A stretch of 64,000 nt of DNA from an uncultured Acidobacteriaceae bacterium. Its GTDB lineage: Bacteria; Acidobacteriota; Terriglobia; Terriglobales; Acidobacteriaceae. Positions 48,587 to 57,817 of this stretch are shown here, one piece after another. Location: contig CAVWSD010000002.1 of NCBI GenBank assembly GCA_963757575.1, positions 255,069 to 319,068 of the forward strand, given 5' to 3'. Position numbers and translations under genes: made by a program. Numbering within the stretch: position 1 is the first letter of the stretch; each line of letters starts with the position of its first letter. The notes below the pieces were generated by a model. That model was not told the origin of the DNA, did no database searches, and was given only the letters and a program-made list of their open reading frames with translations.

Positions 48587-49237
48587 TCAGTTCACCGGCG
48601 CAGCATTCTTCTTATCGCGCTGCATCACCACGCCCGCCTTGCGCCGGTCCGACGACGAATGATCGATCTGCCGCCAGAACGCCTGGAAGTAGTCCACCGC
48701 CGAGACGATTGATACGAGCACCATGAAATAGATCGCCGCGTACGCGGTCCAGCGCACCGGCAGGATGTACCAGCCCCAGTGCCACTCGTACCAGCGATGC
48801 GCCAATATAGTCGCAACCACCGCGACAATTTGCACGATTGTCTTCAGCTTGCCGAGGTTGCTTGCCTGGATGGTGAATCCTTCGACGCTCGCGATCGAGC
48901 GCAAGCCACTCACCAGGAACTCGCGCCCGATCACCAGGATTGCGATCCACGGCTTCATGATGCTCGGCGTGAACTCCACCAGCGAGATAAACGCCGCGGA
49001 GATCATCAGCTTGTCCGCGAGCGGATCGAGCAGCATCCCCATGGTAGTAATCTGGCCGCGCTTGCGGGCGAGGTAGCCATCCACTCCGTCGGTGATCGCC
49101 AGCAGAATGAAGATGCCGGAAGCGATCAACTCCTGCTCGCCCCACGCATCGCGGAACGGAAAGCTCGCGGAGAGCATCCAGATGAGCAGAGGCACCCCCG
49201 CAATCCGGCTCATCGTGATGGAGTTGGGCAGGTTCAT
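48587..49237 (-). CDS. pgsA: CDP-diacylglycerol--glycerol-3-phosphate 3-phosphatidyltransferase
   Basis: ORF 48587..49498; ATG 49237 gives MNLPNSITMSRI. CDP-alcohol motif DGVDGYLARKRGQITTMGMLLDPLADK. Confidence 0.85.
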   Translation of the reverse strand: MNLPNSITMSRIAGVPLLIWMLSASFPFRDAWGEQELIASGIFILLAITDGVDGYLARKRGQITTMGMLLDPLADKLMISAAFISLVEFTPSIMKPWIAILVIGREFLVSGLRSIASVEGFTIQASNLGKLKTIVQIVAVVATILAHRWYEWHWGWYILPVRWTAYAAIYFMVLVSIVSAVDYFQAFWRQIDHSSSDRRKAGVVMQRDKKNAAPVN

Positions 49238-49311
49238 GCGGATGCGCGGGCAGGCTCCCGAATTGCCCTTCCCTGCATTAAAGCATTTTTCCTTTGCCCG
49301 CTGCCTCTCTC

Positions 49312-49722
49312 CTATTCCGAAAGGTAATGCTCCAGCGGATTGGGAACCAGTGTTCGCAGCATCTTCAGCAGCGATGCCGGATCGAAGTTGTCCAGTTGAT
49401 GGTCGGCCATCACGCAATCCGTCACGCCGCGGCTCGAGGTCACGATCAACAGAACATCGGAGCGAATGGCGCGCAGCTCCTTCACCAGTGCGGAGCAATC
49501 CATGCCGGTGACCGCCTCGTTCATCACGATGCCGCTCACATGCGGGAACAGGCGGAAGGCCTCAATCGCCTCGGTCCCGCTGTATGCGCTGATCACATTG
49601 TATTTCGCCGTCTCCAGCACCAGCTTGCGCGTGGAAATGCTGTCCGGAAACTCATGGTCGATGACGAGAAAACACGGCCGTATCACCGCGCTAGTATGCA
49701 GGCATGCAGCGCTCAGTGGCAA
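49312..49722 (-). CDS. receiver-like single-domain protein lacking the phospho-acceptor Asp
   Basis: FLVIDHEFP ... GIVMNEAVTGMDCSALVKELR (Asn at the Asp57-equivalent position) ... LLIVTSS ... no conserved Lys. Start uncertain. Confidence 0.6.
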   Translation of the reverse strand: MPLSAACLHTSAVIRPCFLVIDHEFPDSISTRKLVLETAKYNVISAYSGTEAIEAFRLFPHVSGIVMNEAVTGMDCSALVKELRAIRSDVLLIVTSSRGVTDCVMADHQLDNFDPASLLKMLRTLVPNPLEHYLSE

Positions 49723-49813
49723 GAGTCATCAAGCGTCACACCTTAAGCAAAGCTGAAGGCGGCCTCGACTGTGCTCCCTGGGCCGCCCTCAACTCTTCAA
49801 ACCGCGATTGGAA

Positions 49814-51079
49814 TCAGGCGTAGATCCCGCGCTGCTTAATCGTGAAGGACACACGATCGATCGCCAGCATGTACGCCGCGATACGATTGTTCACTCCATG
49901 TGCTTCGGAGTAGCGGACAACGTCATCGAAGCTCTCCGCCAGAATGCTTTCGAGTTGCTCGTTGACCACCGCTTCCTTCCAGAAATAGCCCTGCCGGTCC
50001 TGCACCCACTCGAAGTAGGACGCAGTCACGCCGCCCGCGTTCGCGAGAATGTCAGGGATCACGAAGATCTTCTTGTCGGCAAGAATCTCGTCTGCCACCG
50101 CGGTCGTCGGACCGTTTGCGCCTTCGCAGACGATCTTCGCTTTCAGGCGATCCACGTTGCGGCTGGTCAGAACGTTCTCTGTCGCCGCGGGAATGAATAT
50201 CTCGCACTCTTCCAGGATCAGCTCCTGCGGGTCCGCCGCCTCCGCGCCTTTGAAGCCGAGCACGGTGCCGTTGCGCTGGCGATACTCGATGAGCTGATGG
50301 ATGTCGATGCCGTTCGTGTTGTACAGACCGCCGTCATACTCGGCGATGCCGATGATCTTGTAGCCCTTGTCCATCATCAGCTTCGCGGCATTCGATCCCA
50401 CGTTGCCGAAGCCCTGGATGATGACGCGGCAGCCATCGCGCTGCAGACCAAGGTGACGCAATGCCTCGTCGCACACGATGCCGATGCCTCGGCCGGTGGC
50501 CTCGCGGCGTCCGCGCGATCCGCCGATATTCAGCGGCTTTCCTGTAACCACCGCGGTGACAGTCTGGCGCATGTGCATGGAATAGGTGTCCATGATCCAC
50601 GCCATCACCTGCTCATTCGTGTTCATGTCCGGCGCGGGGACATCCTTTTCGGGGCCGATGAACTCGATCAGCTCCGCGGTGTAGCGGCGCGTCATGCGCT
50701 CCAGCTCGCCGATCGACATCTTCTTGGGGTCGCAGATTACTCCACCCTTGGCGCCGCCGAAGGGAATGTTTACCACTGCGCACTTCCATGTCATCCAGCT
50801 GGCCAGCGCGCGAATTTCGTCCAGCGTGACGTCGGGCGAGTAGCGGATACCACCTTTCGCCGGCCCCCGCGCGATGGAGTGTTGCACGCGATAGCCGGTG
50901 AAGACCTCGATCGAACCGTCATCCATGCTGACCGGGAAGTGCACGATGAGCTCGCGTGCCGGATACCGCAGGACCTTCCAGAGCCCGTCATCCAGGTTCA
51001 GCTTTTGCGCCGCGAAATCGAACCGAGCAGCCTGGGCTTCCCAGGGGTTGATCTCCTGCTCGAGGGTGAGTGTTTGCAT
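49814..51079 (-). CDS. gdhA: Glu/Leu/Phe/Val-family glutamate dehydrogenase
   Basis: ORF 49814..51247 (GTG); ATG 51079 gives [37 protein letters not shown] Rossmann. Confidence 0.9.
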   Translation of the reverse strand: MQTLTLEQEINPWEAQAARFDFAAQKLNLDDGLWKVLRYPARELIVHFPVSMDDGSIEVFTGYRVQHSIARGPAKGGIRYSPDVTLDEIRALASWMTWKCAVVNIPFGGAKGGVICDPKKMSIGELERMTRRYTAELIEFIGPEKDVPAPDMNTNEQVMAWIMDTYSMHMRQTVTAVVTGKPLNIGGSRGRREATGRGIGIVCDEALRHLGLQRDGCRVIIQGFGNVGSNAAKLMMDKGYKIIGIAEYDGGLYNTNGIDIHQLIEYRQRNGTVLGFKGAEAADPQELILEECEIFIPAATENVLTSRNVDRLKAKIVCEGANGPTTAVADEILADKKIFVIPDILANAGGVTASYFEWVQDRQGYFWKEAVVNEQLESILAESFDDVVRYSEAHGVNNRIAAYMLAIDRVSFTIKQRGIYA

Positions 51080-51412
51080 TGCATATCTCCAGTGTTCAGT
51101 GAACGTTGCGCCGTCCTCTGCGAACCACCCAGCATGGCGCACGAAGAGAACCGCAGGAAATGCTACGAACGGGTGGTGCTCCTCTCCCCCGGTGTGCCAC
51201 GCACACCCTGGAATACAGACCACCCGCATGGATCTGGCCAAACCCACGAGTATAGGCTTGCTCCAGATACCTCAACAACCAGGGCGGTTAGCGACTCCGG
51301 CACCTGTATGAGGGATGCCGGAACTTCCGCCGGAGTACCTTGCATCCGCGCCCGGAGCGTAATCGGCTTCGTCACCCCCATGTACCATGACGTAGTCCCA
51401 TGAGCTTGCCCC

Positions 51413-52945
51413 ATGTCCCCGATCTCCGCTGATTCCGAGGCGCTCTTTCCCGCGCTGCCTGAGTTTTTAGCGCTGGCCCGCTCCCATACGCTGGTGCCCG
51501 TCTGCCGGCGCCTCGTAGCGGACCTGGAGACACCCGTCTCCGCCTTCCTCCGCCTGGCTGCGGACGAACCCGAATGCTTTCTGCTGGAATCGGTCGAGGG
51601 CGGCGAAAAACTGGGCCGTTACACCTTCATGGGGGTCCGGCCGGCAAGCAAGCTGGTGGCCCGCAATGGCGAGGTCACCACCTGGCGCGGCAACCGGCAG
51701 ACGGCTACAAAAGGCGACGTTTTCGAGGTGCTAAAAGCTGCTCTCGCCGGCCACTCGCCCGCGCATGTCGCTGGATTGCCGCCGTTTACCGCCGGCGCCA
51801 TCGGCTTTTTCGCCTACGACTCCGTGCGCCAGATCGAGCAGTTGCCCACCATCGCCGAGGACGACCTCCAGCTTCCCGACGCCTGCCTCGCCTTCTTCCA
51901 CGAAGTCGTCGCCTTCGACCATGTCAAAAAAGAGCTGCTCCTGATCGTCAATGCAGATGTCCGCGCCCAGGCGCCCCGGGCGGCGTATACAGCAGCCTCG
52001 CGGCGGATCGCCACCCTTGAGCGTCAGCTTGCGAAGCCTCTCCCGGCACCCCGCCGCCGCAAACGGGACACGGGCAAAGTCACGGTGAAGAAGTGCACCC
52101 GCAAGGCGGACTACCTGCGCGCGGTCGAGCGCACCCGCGAGTACATCGCAGCCGGCGACATCTTCCAGGCCGTGATCTCGCAACGGTTCGAGGTCGATCC
52201 CGGCGATGACCCCTTCGCCGTCTATCGCGCGCTGCGCATCGTCAACCCGTCTCCATATATGTACTTCCTGCGGTTGCATGTAGACGGCGACAAGGCTGCT
52301 CAAAAGAAATCAAAGCCCATCCACGTCATCGGCTCATCGCCCGAGCTGCTGGTCCGGGTCAAGCAGCGCCAGATCGAGTACCGCCCCATCGCCGGCACCC
52401 GCTCCCGCGGCCAGGATGAAGAAGAGGACGAGCGCCGCGCTCAGGACCTGCTGGCAGACGCCAAGGAGCTCTCCGAGCACGTGATGCTGGTCGATCTCGG
52501 CCGCAACGACGTCGGGCGCGTCAGCGAGTACGGCAGCGTGCGCGTGCGCGACCTGATGATCGTTGAGCGCTACTCGCATGTCATGCATCTGGTGAGCTCG
52601 ATCGAGGGCCGCCTGCGTCCTGAGCTCTCCGCCGTCGACGCGCTCCGCGCCTGCTTCCCCGCCGGCACCCTGTCCGGCGCTCCCAAGGTGCGCGCGATGG
52701 AGATCATCGAGGAGCTCGAGCCGACCCGCCGCGGCATCTACGGCGGCGGCGTCTGCTATGCCGACTACTCCGGCAACCTCGACTCCTGCATTGCCATCCG
52801 CTCCATGCTGGTCAAGGACGGCGTCGGCTACATCCAGGCCGGCGCCGGCATCGTCGCCGACTCGGTCCCGGAGCGCGAATACGAGGAGTGCCGCAACAAG
52901 GCACAAGCCGTCCTCCGCGCCGTGGAGCGCGCCCGCAGCATCTAG
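51413..52945 (+). CDS. trpE: anthranilate synthase component I
   Basis: LESVEGGEKLGRYTF, SPELLVRV, GTLSGAPKVRAMEIIEELE, GIYGGGVCY. Confidence 0.9.
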   Translation: MSPISADSEALFPALPEFLALARSHTLVPVCRRLVADLETPVSAFLRLAADEPECFLLESVEGGEKLGRYTFMGVRPASKLVARNGEVTTWRGNRQTATKGDVFEVLKAALAGHSPAHVAGLPPFTAGAIGFFAYDSVRQIEQLPTIAEDDLQLPDACLAFFHEVVAFDHVKKELLLIVNADVRAQAPRAAYTAASRRIATLERQLAKPLPAPRRRKRDTGKVTVKKCTRKADYLRAVERTREYIAAGDIFQAVISQRFEVDPGDDPFAVYRALRIVNPSPYMYFLRLHVDGDKAAQKKSKPIHVIGSSPELLVRVKQRQIEYRPIAGTRSRGQDEEEDERRAQDLLADAKELSEHVMLVDLGRNDVGRVSEYGSVRVRDLMIVERYSHVMHLVSSIEGRLRPELSAVDALRACFPAGTLSGAPKVRAMEIIEELEPTRRGIYGGGVCYADYSGNLDSCIAIRSMLVKDGVGYIQAGAGIVADSVPEREYEECRNKAQAVLRAVERARSI

Positions 52946-53084
52946 GGCAATTGTCTGCTCTGATTACCAGAGTTTCATCGCCTCGCCCGCAGACGGTCCA
53001 CGCAAAGTGGATTAGTGTTAACCCCGCTGTTCCAGCTTTCCCAAGGGAAATCTGGACTGATTTCCATACAAGCGAGGTTTCCAA

Positions 53085-53489
53085 ATGGGCTTACTCGACA
53101 ACATCGAATCGATGGCCGGCGGCGCATCCTCGAGCGATCATGCCTCTGTCGCCTCGGAGCTGATGAACACGGTGCAGCAGCATCCGGGCGGCCTCTCCGG
53201 CATCCTGCACAACTTCCAGCAGAACGGCATGTCCGACCACGTCAACTCCTGGCAGCAGCCCAATCAGCCGAACCAGCCAATCACTCCCGACCAGGCACAA
53301 CAGGGGCTGGGCTCGGGGGTCATCGACTCGATCGCGCAGCGCACCGGCCTCTCGCCCACCATGGTCAAAGGCGCGGCTGCCGTCATCCTGCCCATGATGA
53401 TCGCGCACTTCGCCCAGAACGGCGGCGTCAACCAGAAGCCCAGCGCGCTGGGAGGGCTTGCCTCAGGATTTCTCAGCAAGTTGATGTAG
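53085..53489 (+). CDS. YidB-family (DUF937) protein
   Basis: MGLLDNIESMAGG...GGLSGILHNFQQNGMSDHVNSW...; same layout as E. coli YidB as recalled. Confidence 0.7.
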   Translation: MGLLDNIESMAGGASSSDHASVASELMNTVQQHPGGLSGILHNFQQNGMSDHVNSWQQPNQPNQPITPDQAQQGLGSGVIDSIAQRTGLSPTMVKGAAAVILPMMIAHFAQNGGVNQKPSALGGLASGFLSKLM

Positions 53490-53563
53490 CGCCAAAGCAT
53501 CTGCCGCATGCGGCATCCCCGCGGAAAGTGTGCGCCTCAAACTCCAGAACAAAGGAGTTTTGC

Positions 53564-53947
53564 ATGGCAGATCTGAATCAGCTTAAACAGAAGTACACAC
53601 CAGTCATTGACACCATCCAGAGTTTCAGCGCAGAAGGAGCCAAGGTCGAAGAGGTAAGCCTCGACGGCGACAAGCTGCATATCAAGGCGTCCGTCCCTTC
53701 GCCGGTCGTCGCCAACCGCGTCTGGGACGCGATCAAAAAGGTAGACCCCACCTACTCCGATCTGCATCACGAGATCGCCACCACTGGCAGCACGCAGTCC
53801 TACACCATCCAGTCCGGCGACAACCTATCGAAGGTCAGCAAGAAGTTCTACGGCGACGCCAACAAATACGAAAAGATTGCCCAGGCCAACAGCATCGCTG
53901 ACGCTAACAAGGTCAGCGCGGGCCAGACCATCACCATCCCCGCATAG
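53564..53947 (+). CDS. BON/LysM domain protein (Kbp/YgaU-like)
   Basis: ORF 53015..53947; ATG 53564 after AAAGGAG. C-terminal LysM YTIQSGDNLSKVSKKFYGDANKYEKIAQAN...VSAGQTITIP. Confidence 0.8.
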   Translation: MADLNQLKQKYTPVIDTIQSFSAEGAKVEEVSLDGDKLHIKASVPSPVVANRVWDAIKKVDPTYSDLHHEIATTGSTQSYTIQSGDNLSKVSKKFYGDANKYEKIAQANSIADANKVSAGQTITIPA

Positions 53948-53967
53948 CGCTGCTCGTCTCCTCCCGA

Positions 53968-54073
53968 ACGCAACCGAGTGGAGCGACCAACACCGTCATC
54001 CTGTACGTAACCGAAGGGTGGAGTGAAGAGTCTGGCCCGAGCTGGGTGAAGGGACCTGCTTCACCTTCGGTCC
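53968..54073. repeat. composite intergenic repeat (gagcgaccaa motif + catcctg..cgaaggg motif + imperfect inverted repeat)
   Basis: gagtggagcgaccaa (cf. 15339/40946 copies); cgtcatcctgtacgtaaccgaagggtggag (cf. 36378, 54717); ggtgaag/cttcacc hairpin 54045..54065. Confidence 0.55.
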
Positions 54074-54141
54074 TATATCGGGGCAAAGCGCCGCTCAACC
54101 AAACCGGTACACTGAAGGGAGCGAGCACATCGCTCCCTTCC

Positions 54142-54705
54142 ATGGTCTTCGTTCTCGACAACTACGACTCCTTCACCTACAACCTCGTGCAGTACATGGG
54201 CGAGCTGGGCGCGGAGATGACTGTCCGCCGTAACGACGACCTCACGCCCGAGGAGGTCGAGTCGCTGCATCCCGACCGCATCCTGCTCTCGCCCGGCCCC
54301 TGCACGCCGCAGCAGGCCGGCATCAGCATCCCGCTCATCCAGCACTTCGCCGGCAAGCTACCCATTCTCGGCGTCTGTCTCGGACATCAGGCCATCGGCG
54401 CGGCGTTCGGCGGCAACGTGGTGCGCGCTCCGAAGCTCATGCACGGCAAGACCAGCGAGGTGATCCACGATGGCCGCACTGTCTTCACCGGCATCGCGAG
54501 CCCCATGACCTGCACACGCTATCACTCGCTGATCGTCGCTGAAGATGGATTGCCCCGCGAGCTCGAGATCACCGCCCGCACCGACGACGGCATCATCATG
54601 GGACTGCGTCATCGTAAATATCCAGTGGAGGGCGTGCAGTTCCACCCTGAAAGCGTGCTCACCCACGATGGCAAGCAGTTGATCAAGAACTTCCTGCAAA
54701 TGTAG
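54142..54705 (+). CDS. trpG: anthranilate synthase component II / glutamine amidotransferase
   Basis: ORF 54046..54705; ATG 54142 gives MVFVLDNYDSFTYNLVQYM. ILGVCLGHQ (Cys nucleophile) and VQFHPES. Confidence 0.9.
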   Translation: MVFVLDNYDSFTYNLVQYMGELGAEMTVRRNDDLTPEEVESLHPDRILLSPGPCTPQQAGISIPLIQHFAGKLPILGVCLGHQAIGAAFGGNVVRAPKLMHGKTSEVIHDGRTVFTGIASPMTCTRYHSLIVAEDGLPRELEITARTDDGIIMGLRHRKYPVEGVQFHPESVLTHDGKQLIKNFLQM

Positions 54706-54716
54706 TTCGGCGCATT

Positions 54717-54744
54717 GTCATTCTGAGCGCAGCGAAGAACCTGC
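54717..54744. repeat. 'cattctgagcgcagcgaagaacc' intergenic repeat motif, copy 3
   Basis: tgtcattctgagcgcagcgaagaacctg, directly after the trpG stop. Confidence 0.6.
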
Positions 54745-54781
54745 CAGTTTGTGGGCCTATCCCCTATTCCTGATCCCCTGC

Positions 54782-55342
54782 CTACTCAATTACCGGCTTC
54801 CCATAATCCGGAACTTCCCAGCCTTCATATGCCGACATCACCGTAGTCTTTCCCTCCGCATTGCCGCTCGTCTTCCGCGCCAGCTCCGGAAACTGCTTCT
54901 TCAGCCCCTGGTCCTGCGCCCACACCGGCGCATCCACAATGCGATAGTGATAGGTCACATCGGAAGCCTTGCGGTTATCGACCACGCGCAGCGGCGTAAA
55001 GCTGTCCACCGAAATCACATCGCGATGTCCAAAGCAGAAGCGGCCCTTCGCCCGCGTGCCCAGCGGCGTCACATCGTAGCGCACCAGCTTGAACGCGCCA
55101 TCTTCGATCCGCGTCAGCAGCCCGGCCTTTGCCAGCGCATCCTTCTCCTTCATCTCCGCCTTCTCACCCACCTTCACCTCGTCAGGAAATTTCTGCGCAA
55201 CCGGAAACAGGCACTCATCGCGGCCGTTATAGAAGTACGCGTTGATTGCGCGCTTGAAGTTCTCGTTGCTGGCTTCTGTCTGTTTTTTGTGGCAGCCGCC
55301 CATCATCACCAGCAGCAAAGCTGCCGCCGTTAACCGGGCCAC
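54782..55342 (-). CDS. lipoprotein, unknown function
   Basis: ORF 54782..55561; the in-frame GTG 55342 gives MARLTAAALLLVMMGGC (lipobox). Confidence 0.65.
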   Translation of the reverse strand: MARLTAAALLLVMMGGCHKKQTEASNENFKRAINAYFYNGRDECLFPVAQKFPDEVKVGEKAEMKEKDALAKAGLLTRIEDGAFKLVRYDVTPLGTRAKGRFCFGHRDVISVDSFTPLRVVDNRKASDVTYHYRIVDAPVWAQDQGLKKQFPELARKTSGNAEGKTTVMSAYEGWEVPDYGKPVIE

Positions 55343-55493
55343 CCGCCGCGAATGTCTGGCCGTCCTCGAAGTTGTGCTGGTGCTGCTGTGGGACCACGTG
55401 GGGCACGGCCGGCTCACCGCTTCTCTCATATGCATGTCGCAACAGATTCCGAAGCATTGCCGGATGTTGCCTGCCCAAAAGTTCTGCAACGTC

Positions 55494-56166
55494 CTATCCG
55501 GGCCGCCGGCACTCCATGCCCAGGCAGCTCTCCCACCGCCCCGCATCTTCCACATCCGCAAATCGCGGGTCGGGGTTGTCGCCCATCTGCGCCCGGCGGA
55601 TCGCGGTAAATCCCGCCGCCTCCAGTTCGTGCTTCATGTTCTTCTCATCCCACATCCACAGATGGGCGCTGCGCCCGAAGAGCATCCGCAGCAGCCGCGA
55701 CACGCCCTTCCCCTGCGACTCCGTCCCCAGGTACGACTCCCGCATGAACCGGCTCGCCGCCTCGGGATCGGAAGAAGAAGCATACGCGCGCACCAGCGCT
55801 TCGAGATCCGGCAGCACAAAGCGGAAGGTGCCGCCCGGCTTTAGATAGCTGAAGACATGCCGCAGCGTCGGTACGAAATTCATCGAGCGCCAGGTGCTCC
55901 AGCACATGCGAGCAATACGCCGCCGTCGCCGACCCCGGCGCCACCGGCAGCCCCTGGATCACATTGCCATATTCGATATTCGCCGGATAGTCGGGATAAC
56001 CGCGCTTCAGCAGCGCCGGCTTCAGGACCGGCAGATGCCGCTCGATCCAGAACGCCGGCCCGGCATCGAAGTTCCGCCACGTCGCCGGAGCACACAGCCC
56101 GCAGCCAAACTGGATGTAGCCCGAATTGCCCACGACGCCGCCCGCGCCGTTCTGCTCACCGCTCAA
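55494..56166 (-). pseudogene. class I SAM-dependent methyltransferase with one frame change near 55875
   Basis: The N-terminal half sits in the frame of ORF 55645..56874 (TTG 56166: LSGEQNGAGGVVGNSGYIQFGCG...AAYCSHVLEHLALDEF). The C-terminal half is ORF 55494..55907 (VPTLRHVFSYLKPGGTFRFVLPD...). The join gaatttCgtaccg implies one extra base; total length 673 nt. Confidence 0.7.
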
Positions 56167-56256
56167 TTCTGTCTCTGCCTTCCCGGAACCGTGCGCGTCT
56201 CCGCCGTCTCGTGCGTCGCTACAATGGTAAGGGAACCATATCTGCTGACCGACACC

Positions 56257-57471
56257 ATGCCAAATTCGTGGCAGGCGCAGGCGCTCCGGCTGCTGTGCTT
56301 CTTCGCCGTACTCACCGCTGCTCTTCCCGTCGCAGGGCAAACCCCTGCCATTTCTCCGTATATCGCGAGCACGCGGGCGCAGGCACTGCAGGCGGCCGGC
56401 GTGCAGATCTCCGGGGACGTCCACGTTGCCAATGGCGATATGGAGCTGGGCAACGGCAGCACCATCACCGCCGGCAGCGAAACTGTGCCCATCACGCTCA
56501 ACCGCGGCGGCGAGCTCAGGCTCTGCGCCACCACCAGCATTCATCTGTCCCGCGACAGTTCGATCCAGGCAGCCGATGCCTCCGGCCTCATGCTCGCGCT
56601 CGACCGCGGCGCCATCGAAGCCCACTACGAGACCAGCAAGTACTCCGATGTGCTGCTCACCCCGGACCTGCGCATTCTCATTTCGGGCCCTGGCGACGCC
56701 GACCTCAGCATCCGCGTCAGCCGTCAGGGCGACACCTGCATCGACAATCGCGGCCCCAAAGCACCCTACATCACCGTCACCAGCCCGCTCGAAGGCGGCC
56801 TCTACCGCGTGCAGCCCGGCCAGCATGTCAGCTTCCAGCACGGCAGCCTGCGCGAAGTCGTCGATACCGAGCACGAGCCCTGCGGCTGCCCCGCGCCCCT
56901 CTCCATGGCGAGTGCCGGCACCCCAGCCCCTAGCGGCGCTCCCGCAGCCCCCAGCAGCGTCGCGCCTGCGCCCATCGGCGCTGCCCCGGCGGCGTCAACC
57001 GGCGCTGTACCAGCTCATCCCGTCGGCGGCCCCTCCTCCACCCCGGCCGACACGGCATTTCCACTCGCGGTCAGCGAGGGCCTGACGCAGACGCCCTTGC
57101 CACCAACCACACCCGTAGCCGCGCCCGGCGAGGTGCACGCACAGGTCGCTGTGCCCTTCCGCTTCAGCGGCAACCTCCCCGCCGTGAGCGACACCACCAC
57201 CGCTAGCAGCGCCCCGGGAGAACCATCGACACCGACGATAGCCATACCGCCGCCTTCCTCCGCCGCGCCCGCACCGTCCTCATCGAACATGCCCGCGCCT
57301 CAACCACCACCCGCGCCCCCGGGCTCCAAACCCGTGCCCGTCGAAGTTGCGCCCGCGCAACCGGCCATCGCCATCGCCTCGACGCCAGCACCCCGGCAGA
57401 ACACCCCGACCCGCCGCTTCTTCCGTCACATAGGACACTTCTTCTCGCGTCTCTTCGGCGCCGAGCAATAG
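56257..57471 (+). CDS. secreted protein with FecR-like N-terminal region and Pro/Ala-rich C-terminal half
   Basis: ORF 55894..57471; ATG 56257 gives the signal peptide MPNSWQAQALRLLCFFAVLTAALPVAGQ. VQISGDVHVANGDMELGNGSTITAGSETVPITLNRGGELRL. Low-complexity PAPS tail ending RHIGHFFSRLFGAEQ*. Confidence 0.7.
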   Translation: MPNSWQAQALRLLCFFAVLTAALPVAGQTPAISPYIASTRAQALQAAGVQISGDVHVANGDMELGNGSTITAGSETVPITLNRGGELRLCATTSIHLSRDSSIQAADASGLMLALDRGAIEAHYETSKYSDVLLTPDLRILISGPGDADLSIRVSRQGDTCIDNRGPKAPYITVTSPLEGGLYRVQPGQHVSFQHGSLREVVDTEHEPCGCPAPLSMASAGTPAPSGAPAAPSSVAPAPIGAAPAASTGAVPAHPVGGPSSTPADTAFPLAVSEGLTQTPLPPTTPVAAPGEVHAQVAVPFRFSGNLPAVSDTTTASSAPGEPSTPTIAIPPPSSAAPAPSSSNMPAPQPPPAPPGSKPVPVEVAPAQPAIAIASTPAPRQNTPTRRFFRHIGHFFSRLFGAEQ

Positions 57472-57520
57472 ACTCGGCCAGGAACGCCGGTGTGCTCACC
57501 TGTTTACTTCGTCATAATCT
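57397..57520 (+). repeat. direct repeat, left copy (3' end of CDS 56257..57471 plus about 50 nt downstream)
   Basis: The 57433..57461 core matches 59124..59152 at 28/29. Weaker similarity extends on both sides (cagaacaccccgacccgc vs caaaacgtccccggaccgc; ggtgtgctca; gtcata). Confidence 0.8.
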
Positions 57521-57575
57521 CAGGATCTTGAACGTAAATCGAATGTGAACTAAGGGATAACTGTTTCAAATTAAC

Positions 57576-57604
57576 TTGACTCCCCTTGCAATCCGAGCTA
57601 AATA
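57576..57604 (+). promoter_or_regulatory. candidate sigma70-type promoter
   Basis: TTGACT - 17 nt - TAAATA in the AT-richer leader about 215 nt upstream of ATG 57818. Confidence 0.3.
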
Positions 57605-57817
57605 TTTGCCGCGAGCTGTGGCGACACAGCTTGCCTTTTCGAATTTATCCGCCACAGCAGCCGGGCCCTGGCTGACTCTAATTTCCGTTCGAGCATTACT
57701 AAAACTACAAATTACCTCGCAGTCGAGTTACAACGGCGCTTCGCGCCTGCTCGATTTCGAAGCCCATTGCGGACTGACCAGGGTGCCGAGCTAATTGCAA
57801 CTCGAAAGGAGATTATT

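Noticed and set aside
51080-51412. trp leader peptide/attenuator upstream of trpE
   Set aside because: I could find no short ORF with tandem Trp codons and no alternative hairpin set. The region more likely just holds the divergent gdh/trpE promoters.
55645-56874. 409-aa minus-strand ORF
   Set aside because: Only its last ~90 codons (56166 downwards) are real, forming the methyltransferase N-terminus. The rest is the Gly/Ala-rich shadow of the plus-strand gene 56257..57471.
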